A stretch of 64,000 nt of DNA from a virus. Below, piece after piece: positions 9,415 through 18,966 of the stretch. The position numbers were made by a program, and so were the translations under genes. The DNA is taken from positions 1 to 64,000 of IMG/VR virus record IMGVR_UViG_3300023181_000002; one strand, given 5' to 3'. Under the pieces are notes generated by a model. It ran no database searches, was not told where the DNA came from, and saw only the letters and a program-made list of their open reading frames with translations. Every line of letters begins with the position of its first letter. The first letter of the stretch is position 1.

Positions 9415-9762
9415 ATGACTGATACAATGGAATTGTTGCTGTTAAAAATGCACCTGACACAAAATGGTTGGGAGAAAACAAAAAGAGTATATGAGGTTAT
9501 AGAAAAGCCTTCTACCTACATCTTCAGAAATTCCCGGGTTAATAAAAACAAAATAATGAAACCTGATAATATTTTTCGAAAGACGCATCATGTTTTTAGG
9601 CTCGAATGTTATTGTTTGCCGGATCAGGAAGTTGAATGTTTTGATGAGATGTACAAGATTATTAAACAAGATTTGGATCAGGTAATTTCTGAAGTTGAGG
9701 CGATAAAAATTTTTCAACAGGTTCAAATAAAAGATATCCCTGTAATTGTAAAAGAAATATAA
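9415..9762 (+). CDS. Hypothetical protein
   Basis: ORF in operon run upstream of viperin. Confidence 0.65.
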   Translation: MTDTMELLLLKMHLTQNGWEKTKRVYEVIEKPSTYIFRNSRVNKNKIMKPDNIFRKTHHVFRLECYCLPDQEVECFDEMYKIIKQDLDQVISEVEAIKIFQQVQIKDIPVIVKEI

Positions 9763-9923
9763 CTCATGTACCTCTTAATCATCCACTACCGGGGAAAATA
9801 TCCAACCTTAGGGATGTTCCCCAAAAAGAAGCTCAATGGGGCGATTGATCACGCTTACAAGAATGCTTCGAGAAACAAACGCTTTATTACTGGTTTCAGT
9901 TTTCATCTTTTAAATGATATTTT

Positions 9924-10100
9924 ATGAGCAACGCACTCGAAAATAAACTCCTACTGGAACAACACCTCTGGGATGAATCCCTTAAAGACGACTCCTCACG
10001 CGTGATCAAAACGGACACCGTGGAAGGATTCATTCAAGACAATGAAATCCGTATACGGGAACTTTTAAAGGTAAATGAAATCGCTAAATTGTATGTTTGA
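9924..10100 (+). CDS. Small hypothetical protein (58 aa) translationally coupled to viperin
   Basis: MSNALENKLL...KLYV*; its stop overlaps ATG 10093 (ATGTTTGA). Confidence 0.55.
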   Translation: MSNALENKLLLEQHLWDESLKDDSSRVIKTDTVEGFIQDNEIRIRELLKVNEIAKLYV

Positions 10101-10908
10101 AACAGCCTCTTTCCATATTGTCAAACCTTGCAACATGTCTTGTAAGTTTTGTTACGCCACCTTTCAGGATATGCGCCTTGATAGTCAAATCTCTTACCGG
10201 GATGCCTGTGTAATTTTAGATAAATTAAAACGGGCAGGACTCAAAAAGATCACCTTTGCAGGAGGAGAACCGATGCTGTATAAACCTATTATAAGTGTTA
10301 TAGAGCACGCCAAATCTATCGGGCTTACCACTTCTATCATCACAAACGGATCAATGCTTAATTTTGATAAGCTAACCCGTTTAAAGAAAACGCTTGACTG
10401 GATAGGGATTTCCATTGACAGCCTAGATAAAGAGACAAATCGTAAGATAGGCCGAAATTCAAAAAGACCTGTTAATTATTACAAACTGATTGAAGCGTTG
10501 CATGATTTCGATTTTAAGTTAAAGATTAATACCGTGGTAAATATCCACAACGAAAATGAAGACATGAACACTTTTATCAACTGGGCTAAACCTAACAGGT
10601 GGAAGATTTTCGATACACTGCGTGTAGAAGGGCAAAATGAGCTTCAATTTGAAGCGATAAAATCTTCAGAAGGTGCTTTTGACAGATTTATTGCCAGGCA
10701 CAATCACCCTTCAATCGTCCCTGAAAACAATGAAGCGATGACAGGCAGTTATTTACTAATTGACCCTCAAGGAAGACTTTTTGAGAACTCAAATGGCAAA
10801 CATACGTACTCAAGTAAATTACAGGATAACACTGTAGAAAAGTGTCTTTCAGAGATTAACCTGAACAGGGAAATGTTTGTAAAACGTGGCGGAATTTATA
10901 ACTGGTGA
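10093..10908 (+). CDS. Viperin-family radical SAM enzyme (prokaryotic viperin, pVip-like; alternative start 10075)
   Basis: SFH...CNMSCKFCYATF (CX3CX2C), KKITFAGGEPML, TSIITNGS, LDWIGISIDS, KINTVVN, RWKIF..L.VEGQN, VPENNEAMTGSYLLIDPQGR, C-terminal FVKRGGIYNW; colinear with viperin motifs. Confidence 0.9.
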   Translation: MFETASFHIVKPCNMSCKFCYATFQDMRLDSQISYRDACVILDKLKRAGLKKITFAGGEPMLYKPIISVIEHAKSIGLTTSIITNGSMLNFDKLTRLKKTLDWIGISIDSLDKETNRKIGRNSKRPVNYYKLIEALHDFDFKLKINTVVNIHNENEDMNTFINWAKPNRWKIFDTLRVEGQNELQFEAIKSSEGAFDRFIARHNHPSIVPENNEAMTGSYLLIDPQGRLFENSNGKHTYSSKLQDNTVEKCLSEINLNREMFVKRGGIYNW

Positions 10909-11630
10909 AAATATGACAACTATCTTACTGGAATCTACCGAGATTCTGCGCGATTCACTCGCTTTCGCAGCTTCTATCATACTGCTTTCTTTAGCGGTAG
11001 CACTTATTGTAGAAAATCGCAAACACGTCAGGCTATGGAAGAGGAAATAAGAGATACGATTAACCAATTGAAATCTGAAGGATTGTACCGCTACGCGAAG
11101 GCACTTGAGCACGATAACAGCAGCCTCGAGGAATTCCTTTTAATACTTAAACACGAAAGGAGTAAGATTGATAAAGCTATTGAAATAACAAGTAAGCAAA
11201 TTGAAAACTCTGTAAAATAATTAAAAATGGACATAGCATTAAAATGTAACGACATACAAATAGTGCCTGATGGGGTTTATTACATCATTGCCTCTCTGAA
11301 CATCGATGAAGCGCATTTCTTTGAAGCGTTAGACCTTGAAGAGGTTTTAAACTTTCACGGAGATGGTAAATTTCTGGACCTGATCGGAGAAGACCGCGTA
11401 AGGGAATATTTCAATCTTAAAGGAATAGACGAATGAAACCTCTATTCCGCACCCTGCGCCTATTATCGCTCCTTCTAACCCTGTGCACCCTCTGCGGAAT
11501 AATACTCTTCCCAGAGCACCAAAAAGGGCTTACAATCGGGATGATATTATTCTCCGCAGGAATGGTACTCTCGGACTTTGGGGTTCGGGAGGATTGAATA
11601 ATTATATTTTTAAATATTAGAAAGCTGTAT

Positions 11631-11746
11631 TATATTTGATTAATCATTCGTGTTGCGGCGTTATGATAAAAATAGTCAAATAAAGATATTCATAGCTTTG
11701 TCCGAGTACTGCCCGCAACCAGGAAAGGACAAAGCTATTTTGCTTT
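11631..11746 (+). promoter_or_regulatory. Promoter plus leader pseudoknot/terminator element upstream of HNH gene
   Basis: TATATTTG 11631-38; gttgcgg 11652-58 complementary to loop ccgcaac 11713-19; 12-bp stem 11692-11703 / 11727-38 followed by T-run. Confidence 0.65.
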
Positions 11747-11753
11747 TTAAATC

Positions 11754-12776
11754 ATGAAAGAAACAGTTTCAAAAGAGAATTGGGAGATTTACATTAAACA
11801 CTTATTTTCTCATCTCGAAGAGAGGCTTGATCAAGTCGTTAGTAATAATTATGCAGCAGCCAGATTTATTGAATTCTTAAACGAAAACATCGAATGTGTT
11901 GAAGTATTAAATGATCGGTATTTGCAAATCAATACAGAGAGTTTCTTTTACGAAACAGATGTAGAGATAGGCGATTTGTACAGAGCATTGACTAACAAGG
12001 AGCTGTCTGACACATTTAACCTTGTTAATTTTAATAATTACAAAATACTGATTCATAGATACGAATCTTTTGAATCTGCATTTGAGGCTGAAACTAAGAG
12101 AAAATATCAATTGTCCTTAAGATATACACAGCAACTATATGAACCAGAATGGCATGAAAAAAGGCTAGAGGTTTTTGCTTTATATGGTCGAAAATGTACT
12201 ACTTGTGGAACCGAAGACAAAATACAGGTTCATCACAAAACTTACATTGACGGACATCTTCCATGGGAATATGACCTAGACAATTTCACTCCTTTATGCC
12301 AGCGGTGCCACTCAGTTGTCCACAATAAATTAAGAGAGGAAAAACAAAAGGAGGCTAGGGAGTTAGAACCAAAAGAAATCAACTATAACACACCTGTTCA
12401 AAATAGAATAGTTAATGAAAAGTCGCGGTCAAAAGCTGAAATGTTTTTTGACATAATGTTTTTAGTCAAAGCACTTAAGGTTGAATTCTTAATATGTCTT
12501 TTCCCTTGTTTTTCCGAATGGAAGAGAGAAAATAAATGCTATGTGATAACAATAAAGGGCACATGGGAGAGATTTGAAGTAAGTAGGAAATCATTAGCTA
12601 ATTCAGCCTCTAGGATTAGAGATCACAGATGGGCAATGAGACATGGCGACCTTTACATTTTACATAAGAAAGAGTGGGATAGCAGAAAGATAGACGAGTT
12701 TTTGCCTAAAGAAGAGCCTTTTATTCCTTCACATTACAAAAAACCTAAACAAAATACGTATGGTAGATTTAAGTAA
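11754..12776 (+). CDS. HNH endonuclease domain protein
   Basis: W..KR..V....GRKCTTCG...IQVHHKTY....WEY.....LCQRCH. Confidence 0.8.
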   Translation: MKETVSKENWEIYIKHLFSHLEERLDQVVSNNYAAARFIEFLNENIECVEVLNDRYLQINTESFFYETDVEIGDLYRALTNKELSDTFNLVNFNNYKILIHRYESFESAFEAETKRKYQLSLRYTQQLYEPEWHEKRLEVFALYGRKCTTCGTEDKIQVHHKTYIDGHLPWEYDLDNFTPLCQRCHSVVHNKLREEKQKEARELEPKEINYNTPVQNRIVNEKSRSKAEMFFDIMFLVKALKVEFLICLFPCFSEWKRENKCYVITIKGTWERFEVSRKSLANSASRIRDHRWAMRHGDLYILHKKEWDSRKIDEFLPKEEPFIPSHYKKPKQNTYGRFK

Positions 12777-13284
12777 GAAATACGAAACCGTAGACGGAAT
12801 CTCCGTTCGATTGTCCTTTATCGATGATAATATCGTATATGGCTATATCGGGAATGCCGGTTATTACATTCCTGTTCAATGGCACCTTCTTACAGGGATA
12901 CCCTTATGGAGCGCAAGCGAAGAGATAGATGAAGATTGGTTTGAAAGAAAAGCCCTCAAACAAATCCTCGAAAAGAAACAACTCTCCATCGCCATCTCTG
13001 TAGATCAATTCGGTAAATGTTACCTCCGTGGAGCGGAAACTTTTGGGCAAGACTTTGCCAGGTTTACTGTGAATGTGGAGGTTGAAGAGGGTGGCTTTGA
13101 TAAAGTTTATTACATCAAACCGGAAGAGAAATGAATATCAAGCAAAACCCCTACAAGTTCATCCTCCGAAGAGGAAACACTCTGCCAAAGTGCCTTGCGA
13201 AGCTGAAGCCTGTCGAGAATTACGTTTTGATTACCTGTGACGGGAATTTACACACTTTTGAATTGAGATTAAATTGATATAATT

Positions 13285-13749
13285 ATGAAACAATTAGAAA
13301 TGAAACATTTATCGCCGTATTTGCCTTATGGATTACAACTTTATGATTCCTATGACGATATGAATGTGAGCCTTAGAGGTCTTATTTTAGATGACACGGA
13401 ACCAGTAAAAGTATCTAAATTCTTTCATCTAATTAAAAGCAGGAAAATGGATGAAATAAAGCCAATCCTCCGCCCATTATCTGACTTAATAAAGGAAATT
13501 AATATAAATGGTGAAACAATGGCGCCATGTGACTATTTCGAATATGGAGATGAAAATCAGGATGAGATATTCCGAAACGCCAGCCGAGACTTAGAAACAA
13601 TTGGCAAGTATAATCTGCATCATGATATTCAATTTCAACCTAACGGAGTAATAGAAAAATTATTCGAATGGAAATTTGATATATTCGGTCTTATTGATCA
13701 CAACCTTGCAATAGATGTTAATACTTTACAAGAAAATCCTTACGCTTAA
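13285..13749 (+). CDS. Conserved Bacteroidota phage protein (PYLPYGL...KPILRPLSDL family)
   Basis: LSPYLPYGL, KPILRPLSDL..EI, FDIFGLI...LAID motifs. Confidence 0.7.
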   Translation: MKQLEMKHLSPYLPYGLQLYDSYDDMNVSLRGLILDDTEPVKVSKFFHLIKSRKMDEIKPILRPLSDLIKEININGETMAPCDYFEYGDENQDEIFRNASRDLETIGKYNLHHDIQFQPNGVIEKLFEWKFDIFGLIDHNLAIDVNTLQENPYA

Positions 13750-13761
13750 ATAAAAAAAAAC

Positions 13762-14103
13762 ATGAATATAAACCAATTTGTGCGCGGAGATTTAATCACG
13801 CGTGTGGAATCAAATAGTGCCGGTTGGCGAGGATATCTAGGAAGCAAACTGATCTTCTTAGGAATTATGAATAATCAAATTCACTTTAAGGATATAAGTG
13901 AAGACAGATTTATTCCTATTGTTAGTAAAGAGCCTGAAATGCTTAGCTTGGATATGGATATGTGGAGCGAAGGTTGGGCTAAATGGCAAGATCCATCAAT
14001 TTTGCTTGAAGGGTTAGACTTAAACCTGTACCTCTCAAAAGAAGAGCTTAACAGGAGGATTATAGCTGCGGTCGCGGCAGAGGATTATACATTAGCAGAT
14101 TAA
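13762..14103 (+). CDS. Hypothetical protein with C-terminal UVR (UvrB/C)-like helix, possibly prematurely stopped
   Basis: L...I.AAV..EDY..A then TAA; frame continues LKKYL* to 14121. Confidence 0.6.
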   Translation: MNINQFVRGDLITRVESNSAGWRGYLGSKLIFLGIMNNQIHFKDISEDRFIPIVSKEPEMLSLDMDMWSEGWAKWQDPSILLEGLDLNLYLSKEELNRRIIAAVAAEDYTLAD

Positions 14104-14646
14104 CTTAAAAAATATTTATAACCATGCAAAGAATTTTGATGATATTAAGCTCTATCGCTATCGAGGACACTGTAAAACAGCACGCCGGCAATGTGTTCTT
14201 CCGCTCAAGTGTCATTCTCAATGAAGCCGGCGAACGGGTGGAGAATGCGTTAATAAAAGTTCCTACCAAAGCACTTTGTGAAGTGATTGAGAAGTACGGT
14301 CAGGATATGGAAGCCATACCTTTTGTGATGCCTCTTTTAACGATTGTTTCACCGAAATCAGCTCAGTCATGACCGTACTCGAAATAACCCTCTCAGGGGC
14401 AACCACCATCCTTGCAGTGATCACGATTATTCAGTCGCGGATGGCAACGAAGGCTCATCTTGAAAACATTGCAGAGCGCAAAAGGGAATCCGCTGAGTAT
14501 AATGATCTCCTCGATACAGCACTCACTCAAAAAGGCGTAATTGATGGCCTTGTAAAGATTGTTTATCAATGTCATCCGAACAGGGAGCAGTCTGCCAAGG
14601 TTAGGAGTTTAATATCAAACAAGAAAGCTAAAGTTTAAACCAAAAT

Positions 14647-15924
14647 ATGAAATACTTAAAACTCCAAAACAAAGGATTGCTCGATTTAAGATTACTCTCT
14701 TTAATGGGAGGCACAACTAAATCGAAGGATGAGTTTAAAATCGGCCAATGGGGAAGCGGATTGAAATACACCTTGGCGTACCTTCTCAAAAACAACGTTG
14801 ATTTTAAGGTATTCATCGGAGAACAAGAGGTAAATATTACCACGCACACAGAAATCATCCGTGACGAAGAGTTTGAAATTATCCTTGTAAACGGAGAGAA
14901 GACTTCAATCACAACCCAGATGGGCGGTAAAGCTTGGGAACCTTGGATGATTATTCGGGAGCTTTGGTGCAATTGCCTTGATGAAGGTGAACCTTTTAAG
15001 GAAGTTACACAGGAAGTAACCGGCAAAGAAGACACTACAACGTTTTTTATTCAGGTAATCCCCGAAATCAGGGAGGTTCTTGATAATTGGGATCATTACT
15101 TTATCCATGAATTGGAGCCAATGTCAGAAACGCCTGCTCATAAAATCTACAAAGGCGGCAATGCTTTAAGATTGTACAAGCAAGGGGTGCTCATTTATGA
15201 AGACAAAAAGCAAAAAAGTTTATTCTCCTATGATATCCGTAATGCGGAAATAAATGAGCTACGAGAGTTTAAGGGAACTATTTCTTATAGCATGGTACAG
15301 GCGTTGGCATATGCCAATGAGAAGGTAATTTCTTATTTCCTTGAAAACATCACAGATCAGTTTTACGAAGGATTAATGGATTACGATTGGTATGTGTCTT
15401 TTTCTGATAACTGGAAGAAAGTAATAGGTAGCGCAAAGCTAATCCACCCGAAAGCGATTGAGACCATACAGGCGCGCGGTTTGGAATTCGACTACGCGGA
15501 GTGTATTACAGTTCCTGAGAAGGTGTTTAAATTTCTAACAGCACAATTCAACGGGGTAGGCGCTTTAAGGACTGCCGACAAAGTGAATGAGTTTTATGAG
15601 ATATATGATCAGGGACTAGAAACGAAGGTTAAGCAGGCTCAGTTAATTCTTGAAGAGTGCGGCTATTTTATTCACCCTGAATTGAAGTTCGTCTTTGGAG
15701 CTTTCGGCGATAAAAGAGTACTCGCTAAAGTGAATCTTGATTCGAAAGAGGTTCTGATCAGTGAAGCGATGAAAAATAAATCGATGTTCTGTTTCATAGG
15801 AATGCTCATTGAAGAAAATGAGCACTTTAATACGGGTTTCTCAGATCACACCCGTGAGTTCCAACAGCATTTTATCGATCTGTACACAAAATCACTTCTT
15901 GATAGTCAAAGCGTATTTTTATAA
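14647..15924 (+). CDS. GHKL (HATPase/MutL-like) ATPase domain protein with C-terminal EExxH metal-binding-like motif
   Basis: LQNKG...LMGGTTK....IGQWGSGLKY; IRELWCNCLDEG; IEENEH..TG..DHTREFQ. Confidence 0.6.
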   Translation: MKYLKLQNKGLLDLRLLSLMGGTTKSKDEFKIGQWGSGLKYTLAYLLKNNVDFKVFIGEQEVNITTHTEIIRDEEFEIILVNGEKTSITTQMGGKAWEPWMIIRELWCNCLDEGEPFKEVTQEVTGKEDTTTFFIQVIPEIREVLDNWDHYFIHELEPMSETPAHKIYKGGNALRLYKQGVLIYEDKKQKSLFSYDIRNAEINELREFKGTISYSMVQALAYANEKVISYFLENITDQFYEGLMDYDWYVSFSDNWKKVIGSAKLIHPKAIETIQARGLEFDYAECITVPEKVFKFLTAQFNGVGALRTADKVNEFYEIYDQGLETKVKQAQLILEECGYFIHPELKFVFGAFGDKRVLAKVNLDSKEVLISEAMKNKSMFCFIGMLIEENEHFNTGFSDHTREFQQHFIDLYTKSLLDSQSVFL

Positions 15925-15943
15925 AATTTAAACCAAAACAATC

Positions 15944-16987
15944 ATGAAACACATCTTGTTAACATCCCTTTTAAGCGCACTTTTATTCGCATCCTGCCAA
16001 CATAATGACCCTGTTGTGAAATCCTCCGAGGTGGGTTATATCCGCATGGCGTTTAACTATAAAGACGGCACCTCTGAATATTCCCGGATTGTGGACATTG
16101 AAAAGAATTCTTCTTTAAGAACAAACCTTGAGAATAGAACCATTTCAGGGGTGGTAACTTTACCGGATGGCGAGTATGGAGTGATCACAATGGAGGAAGG
16201 AAGCTGGCTTAAAGTTGAAGGGAAAGTGACAATACAGAATCTAAACACGAACAAACCTTGCGTGATTAACATCTATAAGACAGCAGATTTCGAACTGAAG
16301 GGTAGTCTGAATCTTAATGGCGGGATAACTTTCGTGAACGAGTCTCCCAACTTTAAAATCGGCAATGCGATAGAACTTCAAAATAGTAAAAGCCAGAGCA
16401 CGGGCAATTCTTTTGAATCTTATTATTCGTTCTCCTGCCAGGAGATGCAAATCAATGATCCTTATTCGATATTCATCCTTCGCGGATGTGGCACCGTAAT
16501 GACAGTAAGCAACGCGGTCAACTTTAACGGGAATGCTGAAGATAAGTTTGTACTGGTTGAAGGTGCCTCTTTGGTGACGGGGATTTTAAATGTCAACAAT
16601 AAAAATGTATTCTCCGGAGAAGGACTTGTCAAAGTGCTGAATAACGTCAATCTCAACAATAACCTCACAACTTCAAGCAAGATTAAATTCTGCTACGTAG
16701 ACGGCTCAGGAAATCCCCGTTCGCTGAATAACCCTGAGAAGTTGGGTAGTGCGGTCAGAAGCTGCGAAACAGGGTGTAAACCTTTGGCTGTTCACATCGA
16801 GAGTATTTCTGCAAAGAGTGCCGGTGAGAATAGTGTCTTTGTCAGTTTCAAAGTAACAGAGAACACCAATCTATCCTCGTGGACAGTAGAGTTCTCTAAA
16901 GGTGCCAAATCGTGGAAGAAAGTGTATAGCGGGTCCGCTTCGGAGTTAAATGTTGGAAAGGTGTTTTCTAAAGAGGTAAACTTTTGA
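15944..16987 (+). CDS. Phage-encoded lipoprotein with beta-solenoid core and Ig-like domain
   Basis: Lipoprotein signal MKHILL...LFASC; Asn/Gly-rich beta-helix; PLAVHI.S.SA...V.F...E..N.....VE.S...K.W. Confidence 0.65.
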   Translation: MKHILLTSLLSALLFASCQHNDPVVKSSEVGYIRMAFNYKDGTSEYSRIVDIEKNSSLRTNLENRTISGVVTLPDGEYGVITMEEGSWLKVEGKVTIQNLNTNKPCVINIYKTADFELKGSLNLNGGITFVNESPNFKIGNAIELQNSKSQSTGNSFESYYSFSCQEMQINDPYSIFILRGCGTVMTVSNAVNFNGNAEDKFVLVEGASLVTGILNVNNKNVFSGEGLVKVLNNVNLNNNLTTSSKIKFCYVDGSGNPRSLNNPEKLGSAVRSCETGCKPLAVHIESISAKSAGENSVFVSFKVTENTNLSSWTVEFSKGAKSWKKVYSGSASELNVGKVFSKEVNF

Positions 16988-16990
16988 GGT

Positions 16991-17467
16991 ATGAAACCAG
17001 AGTTAACACTTGAATTGAAAAAACGTTTCTATGCTCAATACTATGGGCAAAAAGTAATGGCAGATAAACAAATGCCGGATAAAACTTTTGACGTGGATTT
17101 AACTTATGCTGAAAGGGAAAGAAGTTATTTAAAACTTCGTTCGGTTTCGAAAATTACCGACGAAGAAGCGATTGAGGTTGCTAAGATAATTTTACCTCGC
17201 TTTGATGTATCATCAGTCGAACGTGGCGATGAAGTGGGAGTTTGGCTAGGTGATCATAGAGTTAGTATTTACAATGATTCATCTGGATTTTGCTTGGAAT
17301 ATAGAGAACACCCTAAGCAGATAGAGAGTTGTTACATAACTATGAACATCTTTAACGAACTTCATGCCTATCAATATCTTCAATCGATCGGAGTAATAAC
17401 CGATTTCATGGGCTACTCCGTAGAAGAACTTGTAAATGCCGGTTGGGTTAGACTTATTGAATCATGA
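16991..17467 (+). CDS. Conserved Bacteroidota phage protein
   Basis: FYAQYYGQ, LKLRS.S.ITDEEA.E, YQYLQS.G....FMG.SV..LV..GW motifs. Confidence 0.7.
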   Translation: MKPELTLELKKRFYAQYYGQKVMADKQMPDKTFDVDLTYAERERSYLKLRSVSKITDEEAIEVAKIILPRFDVSSVERGDEVGVWLGDHRVSIYNDSSGFCLEYREHPKQIESCYITMNIFNELHAYQYLQSIGVITDFMGYSVEELVNAGWVRLIES

Positions 17468-17954
17468 AGCAACACACCTTCAAGCCCCACCCTTCGCCGA
17501 TGGACATCCCTCACAGTTATAATCCCGAAAGGTGTACCACTTGCGGGATGGATAAATACCCGATAAAGCTGAGAGTTGACGGAGAATACATTTACTATAA
17601 TTTATACTGGGGAAACAACAGATACCTCGGGGAGAATCTCCCTGAGTGTGTAAACTGGGAAGAGGAAAACTTTAAACGGATCGATTGATATGAAAAGAGA
17701 TAAAATAGCGAGGTGTAATATTGTCTGCCAGGATTATGAAACAGCAAAAGATGTTGTAGAAAAACTACTTGAGAAAGGATTTACATGGAGATACCCTGAA
17801 GAGGTTACTTCCTACGGATGGGACTTGGTAAAATCTCCTGCTGTGTATTCTATCGAAGGAGGCTTTATTGTCATATCGGATATGGAAATGCAATCCCGGT
17901 CAAAGTTGCAGATTACAGGGAAGTATTTCTTGGTGAATAATTATTGAAAAATAA

Positions 17955-17997
17955 TTGGTAATATTTGGTATATTTAAAAACATTTTAGTTAACTTTG
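17955..17997 (+). promoter_or_regulatory. Promoter of HTH/antirepressor operon
   Basis: TAACTTTG 17990-97; TTGGTA direct repeats at 17955 and 17965. Confidence 0.65.
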
Positions 17998-18001
17998 GTG
18001 T

Positions 18002-18151
18002 ATGGAATACAAAATGAAAGAGTATGCGGCGCTGAAGCGTGTGTCATATCAAACCATAAAGATGTGGGTAAAAAAAGGATTGGTTAAGACGATAGCTCTG
18101 CCAAGTGGTCGCGTCCGGATTATCGACGAGAATTTAGAAGTGCCATCTTAA
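18002..18151 (+). CDS. Small MerR/excisionase-type HTH protein (49 aa, absent from ORF track)
   Basis: MKEYAALKRVSYQTIKMWVKKGLVKTIALPSGRVRI. Confidence 0.75.
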   Translation: MEYKMKEYAALKRVSYQTIKMWVKKGLVKTIALPSGRVRIIDENLEVPS

Positions 18152-18162
18152 ATAATTGATAT

Positions 18163-18966
18163 ATGAATAATTTGATTCACAGAGAACAAAAGGTAGTGAC
18201 TACTTCGATTTTAGCTAATAAGCTGGGAGCTGATGAAAACCAATTGAAGAATAATTTCGCCAGGAATAAAGAGCGATATATGGAAGGGGTTCATTTCTTC
18301 CTTCTTAAAGGTTCTGAATTAAAGGAGTTTAAAGGCGAAGTCACAAATAGTGACCTTGCGGAAATACCTTCAAATGTGAATCAAATTTATCTATGGACAG
18401 AAAAAGGAGCTTTCAATCATGTTAAAAGTTTAGGCACTGATGAAGCGTGGGATGCGTATCAGACTCTCGTAAATACTTACTTCCGGCTGAAAGAAATCGT
18501 AACGAGTGATCAACCGAGACTTCCTCAAACTTATTTAGAGGCACTTAAAGAGCTTGTTACCGTAAAGGAATCTGAAGAGAGACTTCTTGCTGAAAATGCC
18601 ATCTTAACACCAAAAGCGGAATTCGTTGACGCGGTACTTGCTTCAAAGAGCACATTCACAGTGACGGAGATTGCTAATGAACTTGGATTAACCGGAGCCG
18701 CTCTGAATAAGATTCTTGTTAGCAGGAATATCCAATACAAAAATGGTAAAGGCTATTTACTTTATGCCAACTACAACGGGAAGGGTTATACCGAGACAAG
18801 AACGCACCCTTACGTAGTAAAAGAAACCGGCGCGACCTTTACAGAGCACTATACGGTATGGACGGAGCGAGGCAGAGTCTTTATTCACCACCTTGTCAAT
18901 GAAAGACTATCTTGGTCTATACCCGGAAAGAAAAAAGCTGAAGAGGCAATTCAAAAAATAGGATAA
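18163..18966 (+). CDS. Phage antirepressor (ORF6N + ANT/KilAC domains)
   Basis: VVTT..LA.....NF.RNKERY.EG.HFF.L.G.EL..FK, LWTEKGA; LPQTYLEAL; PKAEF.D, T.IA.ELG, T.WTERGR.FI. Confidence 0.85.
   Translation: MNNLIHREQKVVTTSILANKLGADENQLKNNFARNKERYMEGVHFFLLKGSELKEFKGEVTNSDLAEIPSNVNQIYLWTEKGAFNHVKSLGTDEAWDAYQTLVNTYFRLKEIVTSDQPRLPQTYLEALKELVTVKESEERLLAENAILTPKAEFVDAVLASKSTFTVTEIANELGLTGAALNKILVSRNIQYKNGKGYLLYANYNGKGYTETRTHPYVVKETGATFTEHYTVWTERGRVFIHHLVNERLSWSIPGKKKAEEAIQKIG

Noticed and set aside
10075-10908. MoaA/QueE/NrdG-type radical SAM instead of viperin
   Set aside because: No second Fe-S (SPASM/twitch) cysteine cluster, no que or nrd genes nearby, and the viperin-specific C-terminal motifs are present.
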